IMG/VR virus record: IMGVR_UViG_3300022748_000007
Reading direction: 5' to 3' (one strand)
Length of the DNA: 49,492 bases
Origin: a virus
This document shows positions 35,422 through 43,948 of the stretch, in pieces (position 1 is the stretch's first letter; each line of letters begins with the position of its first letter). The position numbers and the translations under genes are program-made. The notes under the pieces were generated by a model. That model saw nothing but the letters and a program-made list of their open reading frames with translations, searched no databases and was not told the DNA's origin.

Positions 35422-35791
35422 TCAGTCTCTCCTTGATACGTTGACGGTTGAGTTCCATTGCTTCTGGTGTAGGATGCCAATCACCCCACCACTCGATGGG
35501 AATATCAAACACAGTTGGTGGAGGTGCTGGAAAGTTTACTACACGACCACGTTTCTGACATTCTGCAACTAAGGCATAATAACGTTTACATAGCCAACAG
35601 GTCTTGTCGTAGAAGAATCGAGTGTGTCCAGTACCTAGCTTGTATCTTATTGGATTACGTTTGTCGTTAGGTTGTTCACCTCTTTCAATTGCTTTCTGTA
35701 TTTGACCAAACAAACGAGGAAGCTCACGATACTCAGCACCTAGATGCTTGTCCGTTAGTTCCTCAACAGGGACACAGTTAATACGGGTCAT
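35411..35791 (-). CDS. denV: Pyrimidine-dimer DNA glycosylase (T4 endonuclease V-like)
   Basis: 126 aa from [28 protein letters not shown], collinear with T4 DenV ([28 protein letters not shown]...FFYDK). ATGA overlap. Confidence 0.85.
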   Translation of the reverse strand: [126 protein letters not shown]

Positions 35792-35994
35792 AGAGCACCC
35801 CATGTAAACAATGCTAACCAGAAGGATAGGAAAGAACATACTGCTGCTACTACAGGCCTAGCAGAGGTTCCATAAACAATACCTGATAGGGAATTGTCTG
35901 TTAGAAACCACCAAATCATGTCAACAATACAAATCATTGTTGGAATGTTTAGTATAAGGATGAAGAGACCCGCTAAAATTGCAAGATATTTCAT
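35788..35994 (-). CDS. Small multi-TM membrane protein
   Basis: 68 aa, strongly hydrophobic. Confidence 0.5.
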   Translation of the reverse strand: MKYLAILAGLFILILNIPTMICIVDMIWWFLTDNSLSGIVYGTSARPVVAAVCSFLSFWLALFTWGAL

Positions 35995-35997
35995 GTC

Positions 35998-36204
35998 TTA
36001 CTCCTTAATGCCGTGAAATTGCTCTGCAAAACGAACACCATCCAACCACTCATTATTTTGGTAGTGGTTTTTTAGTTGCTCATCCGTCAGCGGCTTGCGT
36101 TGTTGTGGTGTGGTGTAGAGAGGTGTCATATCCTCAAAATGTTTGTGTTTGTGCGTAATTCCGCTTTTGTCCATCCACGCCACAGGCTCATTATGTTTGT
36201 TCAT
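35998..36204 (-). CDS. Hypothetical protein
   Basis: 68 aa from MNKHNEPVAW, preceded by GAGGAGGT (the track start is 36234). Confidence 0.5.
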   Translation of the reverse strand: MNKHNEPVAWMDKSGITHKHKHFEDMTPLYTTPQQRKPLTDEQLKNHYQNNEWLDGVRFAEQFHGIKE

Positions 36205-36230
36205 ACCACCTCCTCGTTTACGCCAGCCTG

Positions 36231-36434
36231 TCATGTATGGCGACGCTCTCGTTTGTTACACTTATTGCAATGGCGGCTTTGTTCATACATACCATTGTCT
36301 TGCCAATTACCCCACTCATGGCGACACCAATCATCCTCATACCATCGTCGAAAGGGTTCCTTAAACACTGTCCACAATGCTAAACAAAGAAGGGTGAATG
36401 CAAATACCCCCATTGTTAACCAAAAATCATTCAT
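36231..36434 (-). CDS. Small membrane protein with a Cys/His-rich tail
   Basis: 67 aa. N-terminal TM segment, then WCRHEW...HCNKCNK. Confidence 0.5.
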   Translation of the reverse strand: MNDFWLTMGVFAFTLLCLALWTVFKEPFRRWYEDDWCRHEWGNWQDNGMYEQSRHCNKCNKRERRHT

Positions 36435-37186
36435 TGTATAAGTCCTTTAATGTCTTCAACAGAATACTCCTTAGGGTCTTTGTCTGTTAACAAAGTTTTA
36501 GTTTCCATGCCAAGAAGCTTGGCTTGGTCTGCTATGGCTCTACCTTCACGCCACTTGTCTGCATCAAGCCATACCACCAAGCGATTATACAGGGGTTTAA
36601 AGCCTGCAATTTGTTCTCTTGGTATGCTGGTACCCAACAATGGTTTGGCATCGGCTACGGCGCTCACCTTGAGTGCAGAGACAGCATCCTCGGTTAGTAC
36701 AAGGACTCCACTACTTCCTCTATTTCCAGAAGTATCTGCACCATAGATGGTGCGGGACTCTGACTTTTCACCTGTGTTGTAGTATTTCGCTTTGCTTGCC
36801 CGTTTAGGGTTAAAGTTTTTGGCTTGGATACAACAGAGGTTTCCGTCTTCGTCGTAGAAGGGCATGAGGAGTTGTTCCCAGAAAGGGCTCCAGCAAAATC
36901 CTGCTCGTAAACAGGACTCCATTGGGATGGAATATTGTGCAAGCCATTCGGATGCAGGGTTCCCGAGTATGTTTGTGACATCGTCAGGTAGCTGTAAGCC
37001 ATTATGTCCTCCATTTCGATTTGTGCTTGTTTCAGTTTGCCTATCGCGTTCTCCTACAAAAGGGCTACGGTCGCCACGTTCACGATAATGACAGCCGAAA
37101 CACCAAGCACTGCCATCGGAATAGCGTGCAAGGTTGTCTCGACTACCACACTTAGGACAGGCTTCGTGCTTTACGAATTTACTCAT
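36431..37186 (-). CDS. DNA primase (zinc finger plus TOPRIM)
   Basis: 251 aa from MSKFVKHEACPKCGS...CFGCH. TOPRIM acidic motifs LVLTEDAVSA and VWLDADKWREG. Confidence 0.85.
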   Translation of the reverse strand: MSKFVKHEACPKCGSRDNLARYSDGSAWCFGCHYRERGDRSPFVGERDRQTETSTNRNGGHNGLQLPDDVTNILGNPASEWLAQYSIPMESCLRAGFCWSPFWEQLLMPFYDEDGNLCCIQAKNFNPKRASKAKYYNTGEKSESRTIYGADTSGNRGSSGVLVLTEDAVSALKVSAVADAKPLLGTSIPREQIAGFKPLYNRLVVWLDADKWREGRAIADQAKLLGMETKTLLTDKDPKEYSVEDIKGLIQ

Positions 37187-37370
37187 CTTGATTGAAGTCA
37201 TCAAAGGCAACTTCAAGAACGAGTTTGTCACCTTCTTTTAGAGTGGTATGTACATCTATCCATCGTTGATGGTCAATGCCCCCTTCACGGGTCTTATAGA
37301 TTAAAACCGCTTTGGAAATAATGACACGTGGAGGACGACGAGCAATTTTATTTAAGACAGTTTTACTCAT
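37179..37370 (-). CDS. Hypothetical protein
   Basis: 63 aa from MSKTVLNK. Its ATG overlaps the upstream stop. Confidence 0.5.
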   Translation of the reverse strand: MSKTVLNKIARRPPRVIISKAVLIYKTREGGIDHQRWIDVHTTLKEGDKLVLEVAFDDFNQDE

Positions 37371-37542
37371 CTTCTTCATCCATGTCTTCATCTTCGTCCG
37401 CTGCCACACCGTCCACAGTAGCAACATCGTCGCTAATAGTAGATAGGCACTTATTACACATGTCCACATATTCACCACTGTTCTTAAATTTACGGACTGA
37501 TTCCGCAGTTGTCAAGATAACGTCACAACAAACGCACTTCAT
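37363..37542 (-). CDS. Zinc-ribbon protein with a polyacidic tail (59 aa, below the track cutoff)
   Basis: Hand-translated as MKCVCCDVILTTAESVRKFKNSGEYVDMCNKCLSTISDDVATVDGVAADEDEDMDEEDE. ATGA-coupled at both ends. Confidence 0.5.
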   Translation of the reverse strand: MKCVCCDVILTTAESVRKFKNSGEYVDMCNKCLSTISDDVATVDGVAADEDEDMDEEDE

Positions 37543-38297
37543 ACTTCCACCTCTTCCACTGCTGTTGTTGCTGCTGCAATTTGACTAACCAAATTAGCAC
37601 GAATATCTGCTGGCAAATTAGAACACCATGCTGAACAACCATTATTGTGGATGGTTGAGCCACCAATAGCAGCAATATCTACTTCCTTCATACCATTGTA
37701 CTGTGAGTTATAATAGTACCACGTATCAATTGGAAGTTTGAATCCCAGATGTTTGGTGAACAGTTTAGCATCCTGTGTAAAGCTACGCTCAACGGTGTTC
37801 AATGGAGACTTATCTGAATACAAATCATCCCACGAAGAAAACTCCACGTTGTTGTTACATACACGCAACATCATGGTCAACAAAGAGATGTAGTATGTAG
37901 ATTCCCACATCTTGTTTGGAATACGGATAACAACACTCTTATCGTCCTGTTTCCAGCAACGAATGGATGTTCCCATGTCAGCTTTCAATCGAACATTGAT
38001 TGCTTTCTCTACGTTACCAATGAACTGGTCTGCTTTACCTACCTCGGTGAGCAAGATATACAAACCCCATTTGTTGAACTTCACGGTGTCATTCTTGAAA
38101 CCATAGACAGTGAACACATGGCCCTTACGCAAGGCAACCAAGTCATTGAAGTAGTCCTTACACTTCATAAGCTGAGCTTGTGAGGTAAGGGTGTCTTTCT
38201 CACGATACATGATGCGCCAACGCAGAGGATTACTCTGTGCTGATTCTGTGAGAATACCTGTTTGGTTGTGTTCTGGTTTGATGGTGATATTAAACAT
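37539..38297 (-). CDS. Hypothetical protein, first (downstream-most) member of the amidoligase cassette
   Basis: 252 aa from MFNITIK. The track start at 38600 would overlap the ATP-grasp gene by 310 nt. The chosen ATG lies 5 nt past the ATP-grasp stop. Confidence 0.55.
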   Translation of the reverse strand: MFNITIKPEHNQTGILTESAQSNPLRWRIMYREKDTLTSQAQLMKCKDYFNDLVALRKGHVFTVYGFKNDTVKFNKWGLYILLTEVGKADQFIGNVEKAINVRLKADMGTSIRCWKQDDKSVVIRIPNKMWESTYYISLLTMMLRVCNNNVEFSSWDDLYSDKSPLNTVERSFTQDAKLFTKHLGFKLPIDTWYYYNSQYNGMKEVDIAAIGGSTIHNNGCSAWCSNLPADIRANLVSQIAAATTAVEEVEV

Positions 38298-38997
38298 GGC
38301 TGATGATTGCTTGTAAGTATTTGTTGACGTTGCTACCTTGAATTCCGGGGGCGGAGTTAACTTCGATGACAAAGAGTTCGGATTTTTTCTCATTAAATCC
38401 AATGTCAACGCCTCGGAAATCTGACGGAGAAACTGCTGCGGCTCGCAGAGCGAGTTCCCTGAGACCTTCGGGTTCGTCTGACACAGACTGTACGAATACG
38501 TATCCGTTAGCCAAGTTTCGGATTTTGGTGTCTCGTTCACCCGTAAATTCTCGTCGACGTTTTTTCTCCACAACTGCGACCACTTGGTTTTTAAAGACAT
38601 GGATTCGGAACTCCCGTTTCTTTTTCTTGTACAAAGTGTACACTGGACAAGCTACGAAGTCATCGGTTGACTCCATAACAACGATGCCTTTACCGCAGGA
38701 CGCGTTAAGGTACTTACGACCAAAGATGGTTTGTCCCTCGGCAAGACGAGCCTTGGCCCACTCGGCATCAGTTGAGAATTCGAGGGCTGGGATTTCCTGC
38801 TCACGGAACCAGTTGTATTGCTGAACTTTGTTGATGCTTTGACCATACTTGAACTGCTTTCGTAGAGGACGAACCTTGGTTGTACGGAACACTTTGCGAT
38901 GATAATAGGTTGATAGACCTTGAGCCATGAGCTTGAGGCTCATGCTTTTAAGGCCTGATTCAGTGCACAATAGTTGAGGCGTCTTTTTCTTTAGCAT
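38290..38997 (-). CDS. ATP-grasp amidoligase (RimK-like)
   Basis: 235 aa with an AGGAG RBS. Motifs CGKGIVV, EFRIHVF and LFVIEVNSAPG. Confidence 0.8.
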   Translation of the reverse strand: MLKKKTPQLLCTESGLKSMSLKLMAQGLSTYYHRKVFRTTKVRPLRKQFKYGQSINKVQQYNWFREQEIPALEFSTDAEWAKARLAEGQTIFGRKYLNASCGKGIVVMESTDDFVACPVYTLYKKKKREFRIHVFKNQVVAVVEKKRRREFTGERDTKIRNLANGYVFVQSVSDEPEGLRELALRAAAVSPSDFRGVDIGFNEKKSELFVIEVNSAPGIQGSNVNKYLQAIISHV

Positions 38998-40222
38998 CTA
39001 AACTCCTACGAATATAGTCATCATCAATAACGGGAGAACCGTCTGGAAGGAAGGTTGTATAAGCAACCTGTTTAATCTTGCCCTTCTTAGGGACAGAGAT
39101 AGGTAGTGGACTTGCATTACCAACAGTAAGGCTCATCTTCTTGGTAGCGGGGTCATAGACCATGTCTTCAATACGACCAGACCAAAGGCGTTCAGTCAAA
39201 TCACCCACATCAAGATTCAACTCTTTTATGTCGATGTTAGTGTGTATAAAATGGTCATGCAGAATATTATCGCTATTGCCCATAAGAGTGATGGCGGTTT
39301 CTCCATCTGCGACTGTTCGGGGATAGGCCGTCTCGATGAAGTCTTCTGCCCAAAACTCGACGCGTTTAAATATGTTCCTGTTGCGAAATCGTTTGTACTG
39401 GTTCTTAGAAAGACCATCTACCTCCTGTTTGTAATTAGTACGCCCCGTCGTAATACCCCGCCCCATACCCACCGTATGATGTGTATGAGGCTTGGACTTT
39501 TTTGGCACAAGCACCTCTTCCGTCATCTTGTTAGCATCCAAGTCAAAGGTTACTAACGTATGCTCAGGAATGGGCTTGATGTCTAAGTCTTTAGCTGTGT
39601 AACCATTACGAGCAAGAATCCAAAACAACATTGGAGCCTCACTAGCAAAGTAATACGCATTGCTTGTCTCAACCATTGACAAGGGACGTTGCGAGTTACG
39701 CAACAAACGAACTTTGTGGGTACGTTGGTCATAGCTTGCTGTGGCATATGCACCTGTCACTTCACCCAACAAGTCTTCCAGAGTGTTACGATAATCTTCC
39801 TCTGTGAAAGCCTTGTGGAAAGCAATGGTGAGTGCCTCGCTATCTACTACTGTATCAGCCAGTTTCTTATGGTTTGTCAGTGTGCCGTTATGCACCATGG
39901 CAAACTCATCGTTAACAACGAACGGATGGGCCGTTTCATCAGAGATTGCACCGATAGTTTTCTTACGATTGTGTCCAATGTAAGCCTTACCGTCAGCCCA
40001 CATGGACTTGGCAATCTTGCTGTTAGGATACTGAGACAAGAACCAAGCTGCCTCATTCGCTTCCTTAGCGATGTGGAAACTGGAATCTTTCTCAGCACCA
40101 ATGATACCCGTGGAATCTTCGCCACGCAAAGCATCCGCATACAGCAACTGATAAAAGCTATCTTCTTGCTGTTTCAACAAACCGTTGTTAGTTTTTAGGA
40201 CTACGCCTACAATACCACACAT
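38960..40222 (-). CDS. Class II (Ntn) glutamine amidotransferase with an uncharacterised C-terminal domain
   Basis: 420 aa. Motifs MCGIVGV, LRGEDSTG, IGHNRKKT, AHPF and MVHNGTL. I recognise no signature in the last ~200 aa. Confidence 0.8.
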   Translation of the reverse strand: MCGIVGVVLKTNNGLLKQQEDSFYQLLYADALRGEDSTGIIGAEKDSSFHIAKEANEAAWFLSQYPNSKIAKSMWADGKAYIGHNRKKTIGAISDETAHPFVVNDEFAMVHNGTLTNHKKLADTVVDSEALTIAFHKAFTEEDYRNTLEDLLGEVTGAYATASYDQRTHKVRLLRNSQRPLSMVETSNAYYFASEAPMLFWILARNGYTAKDLDIKPIPEHTLVTFDLDANKMTEEVLVPKKSKPHTHHTVGMGRGITTGRTNYKQEVDGLSKNQYKRFRNRNIFKRVEFWAEDFIETAYPRTVADGETAITLMGNSDNILHDHFIHTNIDIKELNLDVGDLTERLWSGRIEDMVYDPATKKMSLTVGNASPLPISVPKKGKIKQVAYTTFLPDGSPVIDDDYIRRSLDAKEKDASTIVH

Positions 40223-40231
40223 AATAGTTCC

Positions 40232-41002
40232 TTAGACCAATGACAATTTAACATCAATCAAGTTGTTCTTGATGATGTTGTGAAAGCTAGATTCCAATGC
40301 AAGAATCTTAGGACATTCGGCAAAGATGTATTGCCACCATTGTTTGAGGCGAGCCTCGTCAGTCAATGCTGCGGCAGACACAGTATCTTTCTGAGCCAGT
40401 GTCCACAAACGCTCCAAACAACTCAGCCATTGGCGAGTAAGCTCGGGGTCATCAGTGCCCTGCAAGTGACGGAACTCAATAGTACCAAGCTTGACCAAGG
40501 GAATCAAGTTCAAAGCTGTGTACTTATGCCAACCATCAATCATCGCATTGAGGTTACGATGATACAAAGCAGGCAAGAACGTCTCTGTCAAAGGAACACA
40601 ATGAATGTTACTACGACGCACGGGGTCAACGAATGCAAAGAAGAACTCTTCAAACAATGCATAGAACAATACAATCTGTTTTGTCTGAGCTGGTGTCAGA
40701 GTACGACAGTTGATATGTACGTGGGTAGATGTTCGAGGAGAGAAAGCATCGGTTTTATCGTGATACTCAAGTGTTGCATGGAGTTTCTTGAAACAACCCA
40801 AGAGTGTTTCTTTATCCAGCGGCTGTGAGATAAACTCATAGCCATTGTTACGCAACGAACCGTCAGTCGTCGTGGTAAACCCATGGTAGGAAGGTTCAGG
40901 ATTACGGATGGACTCAATCTCACATTCCATGCCAGCGTAAAATACATCCACCATGTCACACGTATGGCCCTTTAAGTTAAAATGTTTTGCGATATTTGTC
41001 AT
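40232..41002 (-). CDS. Amidoligase_2-type (glutamine-synthetase-like) COOH-NH2 ligase
   Basis: 256 aa. Motifs GMECEIES, DGSLRNNGYEFISQP, STHVHIN and GTIEFRHLQGT. Confidence 0.8.
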   Translation of the reverse strand: MTNIAKHFNLKGHTCDMVDVFYAGMECEIESIRNPEPSYHGFTTTTDGSLRNNGYEFISQPLDKETLLGCFKKLHATLEYHDKTDAFSPRTSTHVHINCRTLTPAQTKQIVLFYALFEEFFFAFVDPVRRSNIHCVPLTETFLPALYHRNLNAMIDGWHKYTALNLIPLVKLGTIEFRHLQGTDDPELTRQWLSCLERLWTLAQKDTVSAAALTDEARLKQWWQYIFAECPKILALESSFHNIIKNNLIDVKLSLV

Positions 41003-41003
41003 G

Positions 41004-41603
41004 TCATGCTACCTTAAACTCTGTATCAGCAGCCAGTTCAAGAAGTTCTGGCTTAAAGATTGGATGACGAACCACTACGAGTTTGTCTTCTGGATTAACT
41101 TCAGCTACCAAGATAGCGTCAGCAAAAATAGCCTTCATGTCAGGAACATAGGCAAAACGGGGAGACAGTACAACGCTATGGTCTTTAGCCTTGTTCAACA
41201 CTGCTTTAGATAAGCTAGGGAAAGCCTGCTTGTTGACAAACTCAGTCAACACATCGAACGTAAGTTCGACAGCATTGACACTACCTGTCTTACCTAGAGC
41301 ATTAACACGTGTGTTGCTGTTGGACAAGCCACGCTGATATTGCTTGGCAGGAACACGCAACAACAAACAAGCACGTTTCTTGTACTGGAAATAGCTCTTA
41401 CTTGGTAGGATGTAGTCTACTTCGTAGGGATGTTCATCAGACAACCACAACTCAAACTCACCACCTGAGGCATCAACACCACGCACAACCTCACTGTTCA
41501 CGTTACGGATGTAATACAAAGTATCACCCGTCTCCTTGAATTTCACATAGGTATTGCGGTAGTAACGATTAATGTCGTCGTGATTACTACTGTTAAAAAT
41601 CAT
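41004..41603 (-). CDS. Hypothetical protein within the amidoligase cassette
   Basis: 199 aa, tightly packed between the two ligase genes. Confidence 0.55.
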   Translation of the reverse strand: MIFNSSNHDDINRYYRNTYVKFKETGDTLYYIRNVNSEVVRGVDASGGEFELWLSDEHPYEVDYILPSKSYFQYKKRACLLLRVPAKQYQRGLSNSNTRVNALGKTGSVNAVELTFDVLTEFVNKQAFPSLSKAVLNKAKDHSVVLSPRFAYVPDMKAIFADAILVAEVNPEDKLVVVRHPIFKPELLELAADTEFKVA

Positions 41604-42358
41604 TTAATGACCTCCAAGTTATATTTGTCCACCAACATCTGAGCAATCTCTTTGTTGTTGTCGTTGATAGCGGCAAGGATGTTATCCTTCTCAGCCATTA
41701 CGTCAAGGTTGTCAACACTTTCCAAGGCACGTTCAGTGTTATTCCACACCCAACGGATAAGTTCGTTCTTGAAAATCCAGAAATTGGACAATGTACGGTA
41801 CTCAACGCCATAAGACTTGCCACGGAAAGCACCAGCTTTACCATACAATTTCTTACGCATTTCACCATTGTCCATCAAGACAGAAGGCACACCCAAGAAC
41901 AAGTCCATTGCACGGATGACAGCAAGTTGGTCTTTAGTTGTCTCGACATGGACATGACCGCCAGCACTACGCATCAATGGATGAGGTGGTTCAGGTTTCT
42001 TGTTAGACTGCTTAGTCCAAGCATCAAAGTCCGGCTCACAGCCGAAGATATGTGCCAATGGATGATGCATCTGGTCTTCAGGGAAGATGATGCAAGACAG
42101 CTTAGAGAAGCTGAGGTTGGGCAAATACTCCTTGGATTTCTCCATCACTTTGTTGATGTGGTCAATAAACTCGTCAGCACTAGCGGCTGGCGGGATGCCA
42201 TATTCAAGGCTTACGTTATCTTCCTGCAATGTGTAACCTTCGGGCATATCAGGAATCTGCATGGGATTCCATTTGTCGGCATTGATATAACCAATGGAGC
42301 TAACAGGACTGCCGTTGGCGTCTTGCAAGAATACTTCGGGGTCAGAACCTAAACGCAT
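41600..42358 (-). CDS. phiEco32-like COOH-NH2 ligase (type 2)
   Basis: 252 aa from MRLGSDPEVFL (the track start at 42445 overlaps the lipoprotein gene). Motifs SAGGHVHVE and YGVEYRTLSNFW. Confidence 0.7.
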   Translation of the reverse strand: MRLGSDPEVFLQDANGSPVSSIGYINADKWNPMQIPDMPEGYTLQEDNVSLEYGIPPAASADEFIDHINKVMEKSKEYLPNLSFSKLSCIIFPEDQMHHPLAHIFGCEPDFDAWTKQSNKKPEPPHPLMRSAGGHVHVETTKDQLAVIRAMDLFLGVPSVLMDNGEMRKKLYGKAGAFRGKSYGVEYRTLSNFWIFKNELIRWVWNNTERALESVDNLDVMAEKDNILAAINDNNKEIAQMLVDKYNLEVIK

Positions 42359-42368
42359 AATATTTCCT

Positions 42369-42758
42369 TTATTTACGACTAGAGGTAGCACGAGGTGCTG
42401 CTGCACGAGGAGCTGGCGCTGGCTTGGGAGCCTGCTGAACAACAACGGTTTTGTTTACCACTGTTGTGTTGCGGGTAACATTATTGCTGCTACTACCACC
42501 GCCTCCCCCGCCACCTGACATCATGTGTCCTAACAACATACCAGTTGCGAGAGTACCTACTCCGCTGTCATGCTGTTGCACTACAACAGGGGCTGGTTGC
42601 TGTACATATTGTACAGGAGCTGGCTGTTGCTGCACTTGCTGCATTGGTTGTTGATAGACCTGCTGCTGAGGAACCTGCTGCTGTACAACAGGCTGAGGCT
42701 CAGGAGCTTTAGAGCAGGCGGCGAGGGCAACTACTGCCAATAACGTAATACGTTTCAT
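42369..42758 (-). CDS. Q/P-rich lipoprotein with a glycine-rich C-terminal region
   Basis: 129 aa from MKRITLLAVVALAAC (signal peptide plus LAAC lipobox). Q/P/V repeats, then a GGGGGGG run. Confidence 0.7.
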   Translation of the reverse strand: MKRITLLAVVALAACSKAPEPQPVVQQQVPQQQVYQQPMQQVQQQPAPVQYVQQPAPVVVQQHDSGVGTLATGMLLGHMMSGGGGGGGSSSNNVTRNTTVVNKTVVVQQAPKPAPAPRAAAPRATSSRK

Positions 42759-42759
42759 G

Positions 42760-42990
42760 TTATGCTTCCTTGGGTTTAATGAATGTTTTGTGATGACGTT
42801 TGAAGTAGGGCTTACCATCTTTATCTACTTCTTCAGTGTGCCACACAGAGGCGTGGAATAGACGACCACCACGAGCCAGCTTATTCAGCTCACGGCTGTC
42901 TCGACGACGCTTAACATAGTCTTCATACGACTCATTAGCCAAGCGCACGGGATTGTGCAGCTTTTGTTGCAATGCAATTTGTTCAGTCAT
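42760..42990 (-). CDS. Hypothetical basic protein
   Basis: 76 aa track ORF. Confidence 0.5.
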   Translation of the reverse strand: MTEQIALQQKLHNPVRLANESYEDYVKRRRDSRELNKLARGGRLFHASVWHTEEVDKDGKPYFKRHHKTFIKPKEA

Positions 42991-43292
42991 TTAACATCCT
43001 TAGAAAGAAATACACACACGAACACCTCATTTTCTCCATGACGGGGATTGAAGCGAGGAGGAGATTGGTACAACAAGATAGCTTTATCGCATAGCTCATA
43101 GTAAGCCCGCTTACAAATATCATTGTTGATAAATGTAGATACAAAATATCCTGTACCAGATTTGACACAATCAAGAGCATCGGAAATATCACCACGCCAG
43201 CGATTGGCATGGTCACTCTCTACAAAAACACCGAGTTCATCAACACCACAGCAATAATTAATTTCTGTGCTATCAGCACAAACATTACTCAT
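42987..43292 (-). CDS. Hypothetical Cys-rich protein
   Basis: 101 aa from MSNVCADS, ATGA-coupled to the upstream gene. Confidence 0.5.
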   Translation of the reverse strand: MSNVCADSTEINYCCGVDELGVFVESDHANRWRGDISDALDCVKSGTGYFVSTFINNDICKRAYYELCDKAILLYQSPPRFNPRHGENEVFVCVFLSKDVK

Positions 43293-43948
43293 GCCCACAC
43301 CTCATTAAACAATAGGTCAGCGATTTGTTGGTTGCAATAGGCAACAAACTTACTATTCTCAGGAGCCCATTCGGGATGACCTTGAATAGCAAAGCCCTTA
43401 ATGTCTGGAAAGAACACCATTTCAGGTTCTTTGAATACATCCTTATTGACTACATCCAGCTCAGTCTCGCCTTGGTATACACGAGACAAAGGTTCAGGAG
43501 TCCAAGCAAGCAGTTCATGGTTAGTGCCACGCAAGTCAAGCATCTGGTGGTGACAAGTAGTGACAGCAAACTTATCACCATCGCTAGTAACTACGTTATG
43601 ACTGCCATTAGTGTGACCACTAACGTGTTGGATAAGCTTACCGCCAACGAATGCACACATGAACTGAGCGCCACGACATACACCAATAATTGGAATACCC
43701 TTGGCTTTGCACAGCTTCATGGCATTCCATTCCCAAACATCACGTTCAGATGGGAGAGTGCCTGCCTGATTCCACTTATGAGGCTGAGCACCATAATAGC
43801 TAGGATGAATGTCTGTGCCACCCCATAGAATGAACGCATCGACGTTATCAAAGCCATGCTTCTTAGCATCAACCGCTTGGTCAAACAGTTGGTCAAAGGG
43901 ACGGATGCTATATCCGTTGCCCCACGGAGAATACGCTAGAGTTTTCAT
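43289..43948 (-). CDS. Class I glutamine amidotransferase / peptidase C26 (gamma-glutamyl hydrolase, PuuD-like)
   Basis: 219 aa. Nucleophile elbow IIGVCRGAQF and catalytic His block IQGHPEW. Confidence 0.8.
   Translation of the reverse strand: MKTLAYSPWGNGYSIRPFDQLFDQAVDAKKHGFDNVDAFILWGGTDIHPSYYGAQPHKWNQAGTLPSERDVWEWNAMKLCKAKGIPIIGVCRGAQFMCAFVGGKLIQHVSGHTNGSHNVVTSDGDKFAVTTCHHQMLDLRGTNHELLAWTPEPLSRVYQGETELDVVNKDVFKEPEMVFFPDIKGFAIQGHPEWAPENSKFVAYCNQQIADLLFNEVWA

Noticed and set aside
37539-38600. Track start at 38600 for the 353-aa ORF
   Set aside because: It would overlap the ATP-grasp gene by 310 nt in another frame. I preferred the internal ATG at 38297, just past the ATP-grasp stop.
41600-42818. 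Long N-terminal extensions of 41600..42445 and 42369..42818
   Set aside because: The extensions overlap the neighbouring gene. The internal starts MRLGSDPE (42358) and MKRITLL (42758) give a recognisable family N-terminus and a signal peptide respectively.
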